This document shows positions 10,076 through 18,936 of a stretch of DNA of 64,000 nt, piece after piece. The DNA comes from an uncultured bacterium. GTDB lineage: Bacteria > Chloroflexota > UBA5177 > JANWHV01. The DNA lies in NCBI GenBank assembly GCA_963827235.1, contig CAWHAE010000009.1, positions 160,001 through 224,000 on the forward strand, read 5' to 3'. Numbering within the stretch: position 1 is the first letter of the stretch; each line of letters starts with the position of its first letter. The position numbers and the translations under genes were made by a program. The notes beneath the pieces were generated by a model. It was not told the origin of the DNA. It saw only the letters and a list, made by a program, of their open reading frames with translations, and made no database searches.

Positions 10076-12268
10076 TCACAGCTGATACGTGTGCCGAGCG
10101 ATCACGTGGTCCTGGTACACGGGCGCGAGCTCGCAGAAGTAGCCGCTCCAGCCCCATACCCGCACGATCAGATTCCGGTGCCGCTCCGGGTGCTGCTTGG
10201 CGTCGAGCAACGTGTCGACGTTCAGCGCGTTGAGCTGGAGCTGCTGACCGCCAAGCCGGGCAAATGTGCGCACCAGCATAGCGCACTTGGCGAGCGAGTC
10301 GGCATCCCGAAAGGAGAGATCCGACAGCTCCAGGGTAATCGGCCCGCCGTTGAAGATGCGCTGATAATCGATGTGGCTGAACGCCTGCAGCACGCTGATC
10401 GGCCCCCGCACGGTCACATTCGGGGATGGAGCGAGATTGGCGCTGAAGAGGTCGCCTTGCTTGCGCCCGTCGGCGGTAGCGCCGATTGGCGGCGCGGCAT
10501 CCCCCGGGTTACCGCGGGCCAGCCAAACGTAGTACATAGCCGACCCAGTGCCCGGCCGGATCCGGCCGCCGCGGCCGTTGTCCTCGATCGCCTCGCAGGC
10601 GTCGGCCACGAGCTCGAACAGCCGCACCATGAGGTCATTGGCCTCATCGTCGCTGCAGGCCTTGGGTGCGTCTTCCAGCAGCTGCTTGCGCAGCGTCTCG
10701 TAACCGGCGAAATCGTGGTCCATGGCCGCCAGCAATTCGGACCCGGTAACGGCGTGGCGATCGTAGACGAGATGCTTCACGGCGGCGAGGGCGTCCGCCG
10801 CGTTGGTCGCCGCCGCGGCGTGCAGGCCGAAGTTGTTGTACTCCAGGCCCGAGGACAGGTCGCGTCCGCGCTCCAGGCATCCGTCCATCACGACGGAGTA
10901 GAACGGAGCTGGCGGCAGCAGCAGACGCCGGTAGTCGTCCACCAGTTGCCGGGCCTGACCGGCGATCTCCTCACCGGCGTCCTGCAGAATCGCCTCGAAC
11001 GGCGCCTCCACGGCAAGGCCTTTGCGGATCGCACGGTCCACGGCAAGGGGAAGCGAGATAGCGCCGATATTCACCACCTCGAGGCCCTTACCCGGAATGA
11101 TGAACTCCCAGCAGGCCGCGACGACGTAGTTGCGCGCGTCTTCCAGAGCGTAGCCGTGGCGTACGAGAGCAGGGATCACCACGGCATCGTTGGAGTACTG
11201 CGGAAAACCCAAACCCTGGCGGGTGAGCTCGGTGGCGAGAGTTAGCAGCCGCAGATCGGTATCGGGCGAGATACGCAGGTTGATCTTGGGATCGATCATT
11301 GTTGTGTACAGCGCCACCCGGAGCGCCATCGTCGTCAGCTCGTTCGCCGCGCCGGACCCGTCGCTCCTCACTCCCCCGAGCATGATGGTCTGCCCGTTGT
11401 CGCCCTGCTGAACGCCCGGATAGAGATCGCTGTCCTTGTTCAGCAGGATGAAGAACTCCGCGAGCAGCTCTTCCGCTTCGGCGATCGAGAGGCCACTCGC
11501 GGCCAGGTCGCGCTCCAGGTAGGGCCAGAGATATTGGTCCAGGCGGCCGAGGCCGACGTGATAGTGTCCCTCAAGCCACACCATGGCGTGCAGAAAGCGC
11601 AGGGACTGCAGCGCCTCGCGGAACGACCGCGGTGTCCCGGCCGGCACCTGGCGCAGTGCCTCGGCAATGTCGTCTCGTCCCTGTGCCTCCGCCTCGGCTG
11701 CGTATCGGGACGCCAGGTCCAGCACCGCGTCAATGGCCTCGATCGCGCAGGCGAGGAACTCCCGGCTCTCAGGGTCGTCGCCGCGCTTGCCGGTCTCGAC
11801 GGCCCGTTGGCGGCGTGCCAGCAGGCCTTCGGCAAGTATGCCGCCCCAGTCGGCGCAGATATTGCTGATCGGTCCGAGCTCGTGCAGGGTCCTGCCCTGC
11901 ACGAGCGACTGCCACGTCGCCTCGTCATACAGCGCCGGCAGCTGGACCGTCGTCCGCGTGAAAGCAATCTGCTCGTCGGCCAGAATGACCGGCTGTTCCG
12001 CTTCGAGCACTCGGCGGAAAGCATGCGCCGTACGCCGGATCCAGGAAAGCTGAGGATCGATCTCCGCCGCCAGATCGAGCGCGCCCTTCTGGCGCAGCCG
12101 CTTGTGCTCTCCGGCGCGCAGGAAAGCTCTCAGACGATCCAGGCGCGCGGTAGGAAAGCTCACGCCCGTTTGCAGCGCGTCGCCGGTGGCCGGCACTCCG
12201 CTCCCGGCATGCTCCCGGCCGGCGAGTGCGACGGCGCCAGCTTCGTCCACGGCCTGCAACGCATCCAT
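10076..12268 (-). CDS. Glycyl-radical enzyme (PFL superfamily), substrate unknown
   Basis: Gly loop LIVRVWGWSGYF, Cys loop AACWEF, GRLDQYLWPY, ATADGRK. Confidence 0.92.
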   Translation of the reverse strand: MDALQAVDEAGAVALAGREHAGSGVPATGDALQTGVSFPTARLDRLRAFLRAGEHKRLRQKGALDLAAEIDPQLSWIRRTAHAFRRVLEAEQPVILADEQIAFTRTTVQLPALYDEATWQSLVQGRTLHELGPISNICADWGGILAEGLLARRQRAVETGKRGDDPESREFLACAIEAIDAVLDLASRYAAEAEAQGRDDIAEALRQVPAGTPRSFREALQSLRFLHAMVWLEGHYHVGLGRLDQYLWPYLERDLAASGLSIAEAEELLAEFFILLNKDSDLYPGVQQGDNGQTIMLGGVRSDGSGAANELTTMALRVALYTTMIDPKINLRISPDTDLRLLTLATELTRQGLGFPQYSNDAVVIPALVRHGYALEDARNYVVAACWEFIIPGKGLEVVNIGAISLPLAVDRAIRKGLAVEAPFEAILQDAGEEIAGQARQLVDDYRRLLLPPAPFYSVVMDGCLERGRDLSSGLEYNNFGLHAAAATNAADALAAVKHLVYDRHAVTGSELLAAMDHDFAGYETLRKQLLEDAPKACSDDEANDLMVRLFELVADACEAIEDNGRGGRIRPGTGSAMYYVWLARGNPGDAAPPIGATADGRKQGDLFSANLAPSPNVTVRGPISVLQAFSHIDYQRIFNGGPITLELSDLSFRDADSLAKCAMLVRTFARLGGQQLQLNALNVDTLLDAKQHPERHRNLIVRVWGWSGYFCELAPVYQDHVIARHTYQL

Positions 12269-12434
12269 TTGTCATCCTCCTCGCGAACCCTCGTGCCCGC
12301 GGCACCAATGTGCGCGGCCTGAGGCGTACGCAGAGCCCCTCCCGGGCCTTATCCGTGCCGCGCGGCGCACGCAATCCGGTTAGCCCGCCGCCCTTGGCGG
12401 ACCGCTGCTCGCCGAATCTGCTCTCTCACCTCGC

Positions 12435-12487
12435 ATGACACCGTTATCATGACGACAACCCTAGCATGGGCCGGCACGCCTTGTCAA
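12435..12487 (-). promoter_or_regulatory. Sigma70-type promoter and LacI-type operator for the GRE operon
   Basis: Minus strand TTGACA (12487-12482), 18 bp spacer ending in TGn, then TAGGGT; operator ATGACACCGTTATCAT at 12435-12450. Confidence 0.65.
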
Positions 12488-12805
12488 TTCGGCGAGCCTG
12501 CCGCCCGGCTCGTGCACTTCGCGGACCTTGAGGGCGCCGGCAGCCCCTGAACCGCCGCCGCCCTGCCCATTCCGGTTCAGATAAGGAGGAGATGCGGTGA
12601 ATCGCGCTCAGCCGAGGACCGGCAACCCTCCTTCAGCCCAGGCCGGGGCGTTGAGTGACAGCCGGTGCCCATATCGCTGTATCTTTCCGCCAGAAGATCG
12701 CGTACGCCAAACTGATACCGGTGGTGAGTCGTGCACAGGGGTAATGACGCCAATCCCGGCGACCCTCCGGCCGCCAGGAGTGACAACTATGTGAGGAGGT
12801 CCGCC

Positions 12806-14179
12806 ATGCAGCAGCCTGCCCGACCACCGGTTCCCTTCGAGGTGCACGATCCCGACCTCCTGGCCAACGCGCGCGCCGTCCTGGACGCCTGCCGCGAGCC
12901 GGCGGAGATGCAGCAGGCCGTGCTTCGCGCCGTCGCCGCCAATGAGGCCTGGCGCGGTCACGCCTGCATCAATCTGCTGGCTCCTGAGGCCCCCACCAGC
13001 CCGACGGTCCGCGCGCTGCTCGCCGCCGAGGTGGGCATCCGCGCGGCGGAGGGAAACATTGGCCCGGCCAATCGCTGGTTCGCCGGCACGCGCCACATAG
13101 ACGAGATCGAGGCGCTCTGCGTGGAGCTGCTCAAGCGCGTCTTCGCCGCCCGCTACGCCGACCACCGCCTGGTAGCCAGCATGATCGGGAACATGGCCGT
13201 CTACGCGGCACTTACCAAACCGGGCGACACGATCATGAGTCTGACCCAGCCCTTCGGCGGCCACTCCAGCAACCGGGTGGACGGTCCCGCGGGCGTGCGC
13301 GGCCTGACCATCGTCGACGTGCCCTTCGATACCGCTGAGCTGGAGGTCGACCTGGACGCCTTCCGCCAAGAGGCGCAGCGCTCCCGGCCCGTGCTGGTTG
13401 CTCTCGGCGCCTCGATGACCCTGTTTCCCTTTCCCCTGGCCGCCATGCAGCAGATCGTGGCCGAGTGGGGAGGGCGCCTCTTCTTCGACGGCGCTCACCA
13501 GCTCGGCTTGATCGCCGGCGGCCAGTTCCAGGATCCCTTGCGGGAAGGTGCGGCGGTGCTCACCGGCTCGGCCGGCAAGACGTTCAGCGGACCGCAAAGC
13601 GGGGTGATCGTCTGGGACGATCCCGCGCTCACCGTGCCGCTGACCCAGGCGATCTTTCCCACGTTGGCGGCCACCCACCAGGTCAACCGCGTGGCGGCGC
13701 TCGCTGCCTCGGCCGCGGAGATGCTGGCCTTTGGCCGGCAGTACATGGCTCGCATCGTGGCAAACGCCCGGGCGCTGGGCGAGGCCCTCGACCGCCGCGG
13801 CATTCCGGTGCTGGGAGCGCACAAAGGCTATACGCGTACCCACCAGGTGATAGCCGACGTGCGCCGCTTCGGCGGCGGCCTGGACGTGGCCCAACGGCTG
13901 GCCGAGGCCAATATCATCACCAACAAGAACCTCATTCCGGCCGACAGGCCGGAGAATTGGGACAGGCCGAGCGGGCTGCGACTGGGCACCATCGAGGTGA
14001 CGCGACTGGGCATGGGACGGGCGGAGATGGACGCCATCGCCGGCTTCATCGCCCGAGTGCTCGTCGACGCGGCGCCGCCCGCCGCGGTGCGCGACGAGGT
14101 CGTGGGCTTCCGCCAGGCTTACCAGAAGCTCTACTACTGCTTCGAAGAGGGGCTGCCGCCCGGCGAGGTGACAGAATAG
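12806..14179 (+). CDS. Serine hydroxymethyltransferase-like PLP enzyme (archaeal-type, atypical active site)
   Basis: GGHSS, FDGAHQLGLIAGGQFQDPLREGA, GSAGKTFSGPQSG (PLP Lys), NIITNKNLIP, PSGLRLGTIEVTRLGM; RBS GAGGAGG upstream. Confidence 0.85.
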   Translation: MQQPARPPVPFEVHDPDLLANARAVLDACREPAEMQQAVLRAVAANEAWRGHACINLLAPEAPTSPTVRALLAAEVGIRAAEGNIGPANRWFAGTRHIDEIEALCVELLKRVFAARYADHRLVASMIGNMAVYAALTKPGDTIMSLTQPFGGHSSNRVDGPAGVRGLTIVDVPFDTAELEVDLDAFRQEAQRSRPVLVALGASMTLFPFPLAAMQQIVAEWGGRLFFDGAHQLGLIAGGQFQDPLREGAAVLTGSAGKTFSGPQSGVIVWDDPALTVPLTQAIFPTLAATHQVNRVAALAASAAEMLAFGRQYMARIVANARALGEALDRRGIPVLGAHKGYTRTHQVIADVRRFGGGLDVAQRLAEANIITNKNLIPADRPENWDRPSGLRLGTIEVTRLGMGRAEMDAIAGFIARVLVDAAPPAAVRDEVVGFRQAYQKLYYCFEEGLPPGEVTE

Positions 14180-14325
14180 ACAGGTATAATAGTCCATAAT
14201 CGCGAGGGATGGCCGGCCTTCCCCTCCAGGCATGGACGCCTGCTCACGTTGCGCCCAACGGCGGGTCCCAACCACGTGCGCTTGACGGCGCCGAGCCCGA
14301 TGCCCATGCCGAGAGGGAAGAAGTG

Positions 14326-15183
14326 ATGCACGTTCATGTTGGATGCCGGCTTGACTATGAGACGACCTGGCCTACTCCTGCACTGCTCCAGGTCCAGCCT
14401 CGCGAGGAGGCGGGCACGTGTCTCGTGCGCTCTGCCTGGCATGCCAGCCCCACCCTGTCTTTGCGCGACTTCGACGATATCTACGGCAACAACTGCACGA
14501 GGCTGGTGCTCCCGGGCGGGACGGCGCAGATCAGCTACGACGCGATAGTGGCGATCGACGGCCTGCCGGACCTCACGGCTCCCTCGGCAGCCCAGGTACC
14601 GGTCGAGTCACTCCCCAACCACGCCCTGCACTTCACCCTGCCCAGCCGCTATTGCCTTTCCGACGAGCTTGCCGACACCGCATGGCGGCTGTTCGGCGGC
14701 GTGACACCCGGATGGACGCGCGTGCAGGCAATCTGTGATTGGGTGCACGATCACATCCGCTTCGCCTACGGCAGCAGCACGCCGCGGACCACGGCGATGG
14801 ACGTCTACAACCAGGGTGTCGGGGTCTGTCGCGACTTCGCCCACCTGGCCATCTCGTTCTGCCGCGCCCTCAACGTCCCGGCGCGCTACGTGTTCGGCTA
14901 CCTCCCGGACATCGGCGTGCCGCCCCCCGACGCGCCCATGGACTTCTGCGCCTGGATGGAGGTGTATCTGGCCGACCGCTGGTACACTTTCGACCCACGA
15001 AACAACACGCGCCGGATCGGCCATATCGTGATTGGTCGCGGCCGGGATGCGCTGGACGTGGCGATGGTCACGACCTTCGGCTCGGCTATCCTGCACCTGA
15101 TGGAAGTGTGGGCCGACGAGACAGAGGTGCCCGAAACGGAAGGCGTCTCTGCCCCTGCAGTCACAGAGGCGGAAGCTCGATGA
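14326..15183 (+). CDS. Transglutaminase-like protein
   Basis: GVCRDFAHL, ARYVFGYL, DFCAWMEVYL, FDPRNN, IGRGRDALDV. Confidence 0.9.
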   Translation: MHVHVGCRLDYETTWPTPALLQVQPREEAGTCLVRSAWHASPTLSLRDFDDIYGNNCTRLVLPGGTAQISYDAIVAIDGLPDLTAPSAAQVPVESLPNHALHFTLPSRYCLSDELADTAWRLFGGVTPGWTRVQAICDWVHDHIRFAYGSSTPRTTAMDVYNQGVGVCRDFAHLAISFCRALNVPARYVFGYLPDIGVPPPDAPMDFCAWMEVYLADRWYTFDPRNNTRRIGHIVIGRGRDALDVAMVTTFGSAILHLMEVWADETEVPETEGVSAPAVTEAEAR

Positions 15184-16133
15184 GTGGCGACGCTGTCGAG
15201 CCCGAAGGGCTGCCGGTCGCGAACGTCGACAAGACCGAGCTTGCGCAGCTCGAGCTGCTCGATCCCGGCGGCGTCGACTGGCCGAACGTCCGGCGCACCG
15301 CCTATCTCATCCACCAGCATCTTCGCTACGATTACCCGAGCCCCATCGCGGACCTCGCGCAGCGCCTGATCATCGTGCCGCCGCTCATGCACGGTGACCA
15401 GCGAAGGATCATGTACCGGCTCGACGTGTCGCCTGCACCGGCAACGCGGCAGGAGACGAAAGACGAATTCGGCAACGCGGTCGTCACCCTGCGCCTCGCT
15501 GCCGCCGAGCACTCGGTCGACTTCGAAGCCTGGATAGTAGTAGAGCGCCGGCCCGCGCTCGGCCTCCAACGCCAGCCGGCCGATGTGCCTGCCGTCCGCC
15601 GCCTGCTGGTCCCCTCGCCGCTGACTAGCCCGGACCCGGCGCTCCGCGATGCCGCCCGGCAAATCAGCGCGGCCGGCCCTGCCGGCCGGGACCTGGCCGA
15701 GCGCATCGCCGGATGGACGCATGGAGCGCTGCGCTACGAGCACGATTCGACCGACGTCCACACCACGGCCGCCCAGGCCCTGGCACTCGGACGCGGCGTG
15801 TGCCAGGATTACGCCCACCTGATGTGCGCGCTCTGCCGCCTGTGCAAGATACCCGCCCGCTACGTGTCGGGCCACCTGCTCGGCGAGGGCGGCACGCACG
15901 CCTGGGTAGAAGTGCTGCTGCCCGACTCAGAGCGGCCCGGATGGCTCGTCTCCCACGCATTCGACCCGGCGAACGGTTGCCGGGCCGGCCTGCGTTACGT
16001 GACCGTCGCCGTGGGACGCGACTACGGCGATGTCGCTCCGACCTCGGGTACCTATTACGCCGCCTCCCCAGGGACGCTGCGCGCCCGCAAGACCGTGGGC
16101 CTCACCGCCGCCGAGTACGTGCCGGTGTCTTGA
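15180..16133 (+). CDS. Transglutaminase-like protein with bacterial transglutaminase N-terminal domain
   Basis: GVCQDYAHL, ARYVSGHL, THAWVEV, FDPAN, VAVGRDYGDVAPTSG; ATGA overlap with the upstream gene. Confidence 0.9.
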   Translation: MSGDAVEPEGLPVANVDKTELAQLELLDPGGVDWPNVRRTAYLIHQHLRYDYPSPIADLAQRLIIVPPLMHGDQRRIMYRLDVSPAPATRQETKDEFGNAVVTLRLAAAEHSVDFEAWIVVERRPALGLQRQPADVPAVRRLLVPSPLTSPDPALRDAARQISAAGPAGRDLAERIAGWTHGALRYEHDSTDVHTTAAQALALGRGVCQDYAHLMCALCRLCKIPARYVSGHLLGEGGTHAWVEVLLPDSERPGWLVSHAFDPANGCRAGLRYVTVAVGRDYGDVAPTSGTYYAASPGTLRARKTVGLTAAEYVPVS

Positions 16134-16216
16134 ATCCTTGCCGCCACTGCTGCCCGCCGCGACGAAGCGACACAACGGCAACTTGTCAAAGTCGACAACA
16201 GCCGGCTAGCGCCAGG

Positions 16217-16996
16217 TCAGCTGGGGCGGGTGCCGGTCTTCTCTCTGCGAAAGCGCGCCTTGTATTCCGGCGTCATCTTTTCGGTGGCGTACTGGAAGAT
16301 CAGCCTGGCGGCCGTGTCCTTCCACTGCAGCAGAAAGGCTTCGACCGGTTCGGGCTGGCGTTTCCAGGCGTCGCGCAGGAACCAGCCCAGCCCCTGGTGC
16401 ACCACTTTCTCCCCGTCGAGCATCATCGGCCGCAGGAACTCGACTAACGGCTCGACGTCCCGATCGCCCTTCAGCAGCACCAGCATCGTCACCGGCACCG
16501 CTCGCCGCTTGAACTTGGCGGGCGACTGACGCCAGGGGCCCAGGGCGTCAAGGGGCACGATGCTTCTGCTCAGGAACTCGCCCAGCACCCGGCCGCAGAG
16601 CGTGTCGCCATGCGCCCAGTTTCGCACCCCGATCTCGAGCCAGGTGCCCAGCCGCTCGAATACTGCCGGGGAGTACTCCTTCTTGAGCTTGCCGGCGAGG
16701 TAAATAGCCAGGAACCCTTCTTCGTACTTGCCGTCTTGCCACAGCAGATCGCCGAGATCGAGAATGCCCTGCAGGCCGAGCTCGCCTGTACAGGTCTTGA
16801 ACCACTCCTCCCGCTTCGGCTTCAGTACGCTCTCGGGCACGCCGTAGGCGTCGTAGCCTTCGACGAAATACTTGGCGTATTTGGCGACCAGCTCCGCGTT
16901 CGCGTGGGCGCCGTAGAACTCGCGTATCTCCGATAGCAGCCTTTCGAGCAGCGCCACGCGCTGCCCTTCGGACGCGATTGTCTGTGCGGCCTTCAT
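16217..16996 (-). CDS. DNA alkylation repair protein (AlkD-like HEAT repeat)
   Basis: NWAHGDTLC, VHQGLGWFLRDAWK, YATEKM motifs. Confidence 0.8.
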   Translation of the reverse strand: MKAAQTIASEGQRVALLERLLSEIREFYGAHANAELVAKYAKYFVEGYDAYGVPESVLKPKREEWFKTCTGELGLQGILDLGDLLWQDGKYEEGFLAIYLAGKLKKEYSPAVFERLGTWLEIGVRNWAHGDTLCGRVLGEFLSRSIVPLDALGPWRQSPAKFKRRAVPVTMLVLLKGDRDVEPLVEFLRPMMLDGEKVVHQGLGWFLRDAWKRQPEPVEAFLLQWKDTAARLIFQYATEKMTPEYKARFRREKTGTRPS

Positions 16997-17449
16997 GCCG
17001 TGCCCCTCTACATCTCGCGCTATAGGTCGTCAGATAATGATTCCGAGTTTCGGACTGGCAGCACCAGAGTAGAATTCCCCACAGGTGTGGGGTTGTTTAC
17101 CTGAAGAGCTATAGCAGCATCGGGACCCCAAACTTATCCTACAACCAGCGCGTCCCATCTACCGGCACGCGCGCCACTCGCGAAGAGTGGTCGGCCGGAC
17201 CCTTGCCGCCAAAGTGCCGGCCCTCGTCGCCGCGCCCAATCAGGTACGTCTGATGCCACCGGATGTAGGTACGGTCCCACATTGACAAAGCTCGTGCCGC
17301 CGGCCGATCTGGCCGCCGGCACGTCGCTCACCCGCGCAAACGTCGAGGCGACAGCCACGAGTACCGGCACGGTTGCGTACGCGCCGGCAGACTATGCCGC
17401 CGCGGGCGGAGCCGCCGGCATCCCGTCGAGCTCGTGGGGGGCCGGCACC

Positions 17450-18640
17450 CTACACCGTGTGGGCGGCCACGTACTTCGCGTCCAGCTCGAGGCCGAATCC
17501 CGGCCCTGCCGGCACGCGATAGAGTCCGTCGCGAATCTCCGGCCGGTTAGCGATCAGGTTCCAGAACAGCGGATCGCGCTCGGGGTGAAAACACTCGACG
17601 TAGGTGCCGTGCGGTATGGAGGCAAGTAGGTGAGCGGAGATCTGCGGTTCCTCGTGATGACCCATCTCGACGTCGAATGCCGAGGCGATCGCCGCCACGC
17701 GACGCCATTGCGTGGGGCCGCCAGCCCACGACGCGTCGAAATTGCAGACGTCGATGGCGCCGTCGACCATCAGATCGCGGGCACCGGCCAGCGATACCTC
17801 GCTCTGGCCGGCCGCCACCGGAACGCCGCTCAGGTAGCGAACGTCGCGCATGGCCCGCCGGTCGTTGGTCCACCGGCACGGCTCCTCAAACCAGCGAATG
17901 TCGAGCCCGTCGATCAGGCGGCAGAATTGCACGGCCTCGCGCAGGGTATAGCCCTGATTGGCGTCTGCCATCAGCACGAAGCTCGCCCCGGCGGCCTCGC
18001 GTGCCACGCGGAAACGCTTCGCGTCTTCCTCCGGCGAGGCGCCGCCGACCTTGAACTTGCAGCCCGCCAGCCCGCTCTTCTGGTAGAACTGCATCTCCTC
18101 GGCCAGCTCCTGGCTGCTCCGTTGGTAGTAGCCGCCGATCGCGATAATCGGCAGTGCGTCGCGGTAGCCGCCCCACAGCCGGTAGAGCGGCATGCCCAGC
18201 GCTTTGCCCACCGCGTCCCAGATCGCGCTGTCGACACACGCCATCGCTTGCGTGGCAAGCTTGCGCTCTCGCAGAATGTCGAAGGTGCTGGGCAGCATCT
18301 CCTGCCAGCAACCCTCCACATTGAAGGCGTCGCGCCCCACGAGCGACGGTACCAGCTCCTGCTGGATGATGCGCCGTATCGGCGCCTGTAGCTCATCCTC
18401 GTCGCCGTTATAGGATTCGCCCACGATCCCGTCTTCGGTGAGCACGCGCGTGATGATCGTGCAGCGCTTGTCCATCTGGTATTTGCTGCCGCGAAACACG
18501 CGGGCTAGTGGGACGCGCAGGCCTATCGTTTCGATGCTGCGAATGCGCAGCGGTGCCGCACTCCACTGTTGCTGCTTGACGTGCGCGCTCCCCAAAGCAC
18601 TCGCCTCTGTCCCGGCGCCCTTATCCGAACCCGATTCCAT
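17450..18640 (-). CDS. Mandelate racemase/muconate lactonizing enzyme family (enolase superfamily)
   Basis: VDSAIWDAVGKALGMPLYRLWGG, KFKVG, MADANQGY, WFEEP, PGFGLELD. Confidence 0.92.
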   Translation of the reverse strand: MESGSDKGAGTEASALGSAHVKQQQWSAAPLRIRSIETIGLRVPLARVFRGSKYQMDKRCTIITRVLTEDGIVGESYNGDEDELQAPIRRIIQQELVPSLVGRDAFNVEGCWQEMLPSTFDILRERKLATQAMACVDSAIWDAVGKALGMPLYRLWGGYRDALPIIAIGGYYQRSSQELAEEMQFYQKSGLAGCKFKVGGASPEEDAKRFRVAREAAGASFVLMADANQGYTLREAVQFCRLIDGLDIRWFEEPCRWTNDRRAMRDVRYLSGVPVAAGQSEVSLAGARDLMVDGAIDVCNFDASWAGGPTQWRRVAAIASAFDVEMGHHEEPQISAHLLASIPHGTYVECFHPERDPLFWNLIANRPEIRDGLYRVPAGPGFGLELDAKYVAAHTV

Positions 18641-18936
18641 TGGCCCATCCTTCCACTGCGGCCTGAGCCGCGTTCGCGCCCGCCGCCCCATCTTGCCTCA
18701 CCTGTTCGGCGGCGGCTTCGTACCGGCCCGAGACTACGGTCCCCATACACCAGTCGCGAGTGCCGCCAACCCCGGCTCTGGCGTGCTCACCGCGCGCATC
18801 AGCCGCGACCCACTGTGGTGCGTACCCCGGCCGACCCGTCGTCGACCTCCTCGCAGCTGGAGATTCCCGTCCACCTGGGACCGCGGTCCCCATCCGCTGG
18901 CATGCGACCTCAGTCGCAGGCTTGGTTCGTCGAGTG

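Noticed and set aside
10076-12268. Calling the GRE pflB or cutC
   Set aside because: It lacks the adjacent Cys-Cys of PFL, its Cys loop reads ACWE rather than the GCVE of CutC, and no microcompartment genes are nearby.
12570-12800. Glycine, THF or ZTP riboswitch upstream of the SHMT-like gene
   Set aside because: Only short partial matches (GGAGA...CCGAGG; GCGTTGAGTG). I could not build the consensus structures; an Infernal/Rfam scan would decide.
12608-14275. Long antisense ORFs (here, and e.g. 6499-7962, 23190-24662, 47553-49127)
   Set aside because: Shadow ORFs opposite well-supported genes, expected in high-GC DNA; they have no recognisable motifs.
17040-17140. CRISPR array
   Set aside because: Only one repeat-like hairpin, no spacer periodicity and no cas genes; kept only as a low-level finding.
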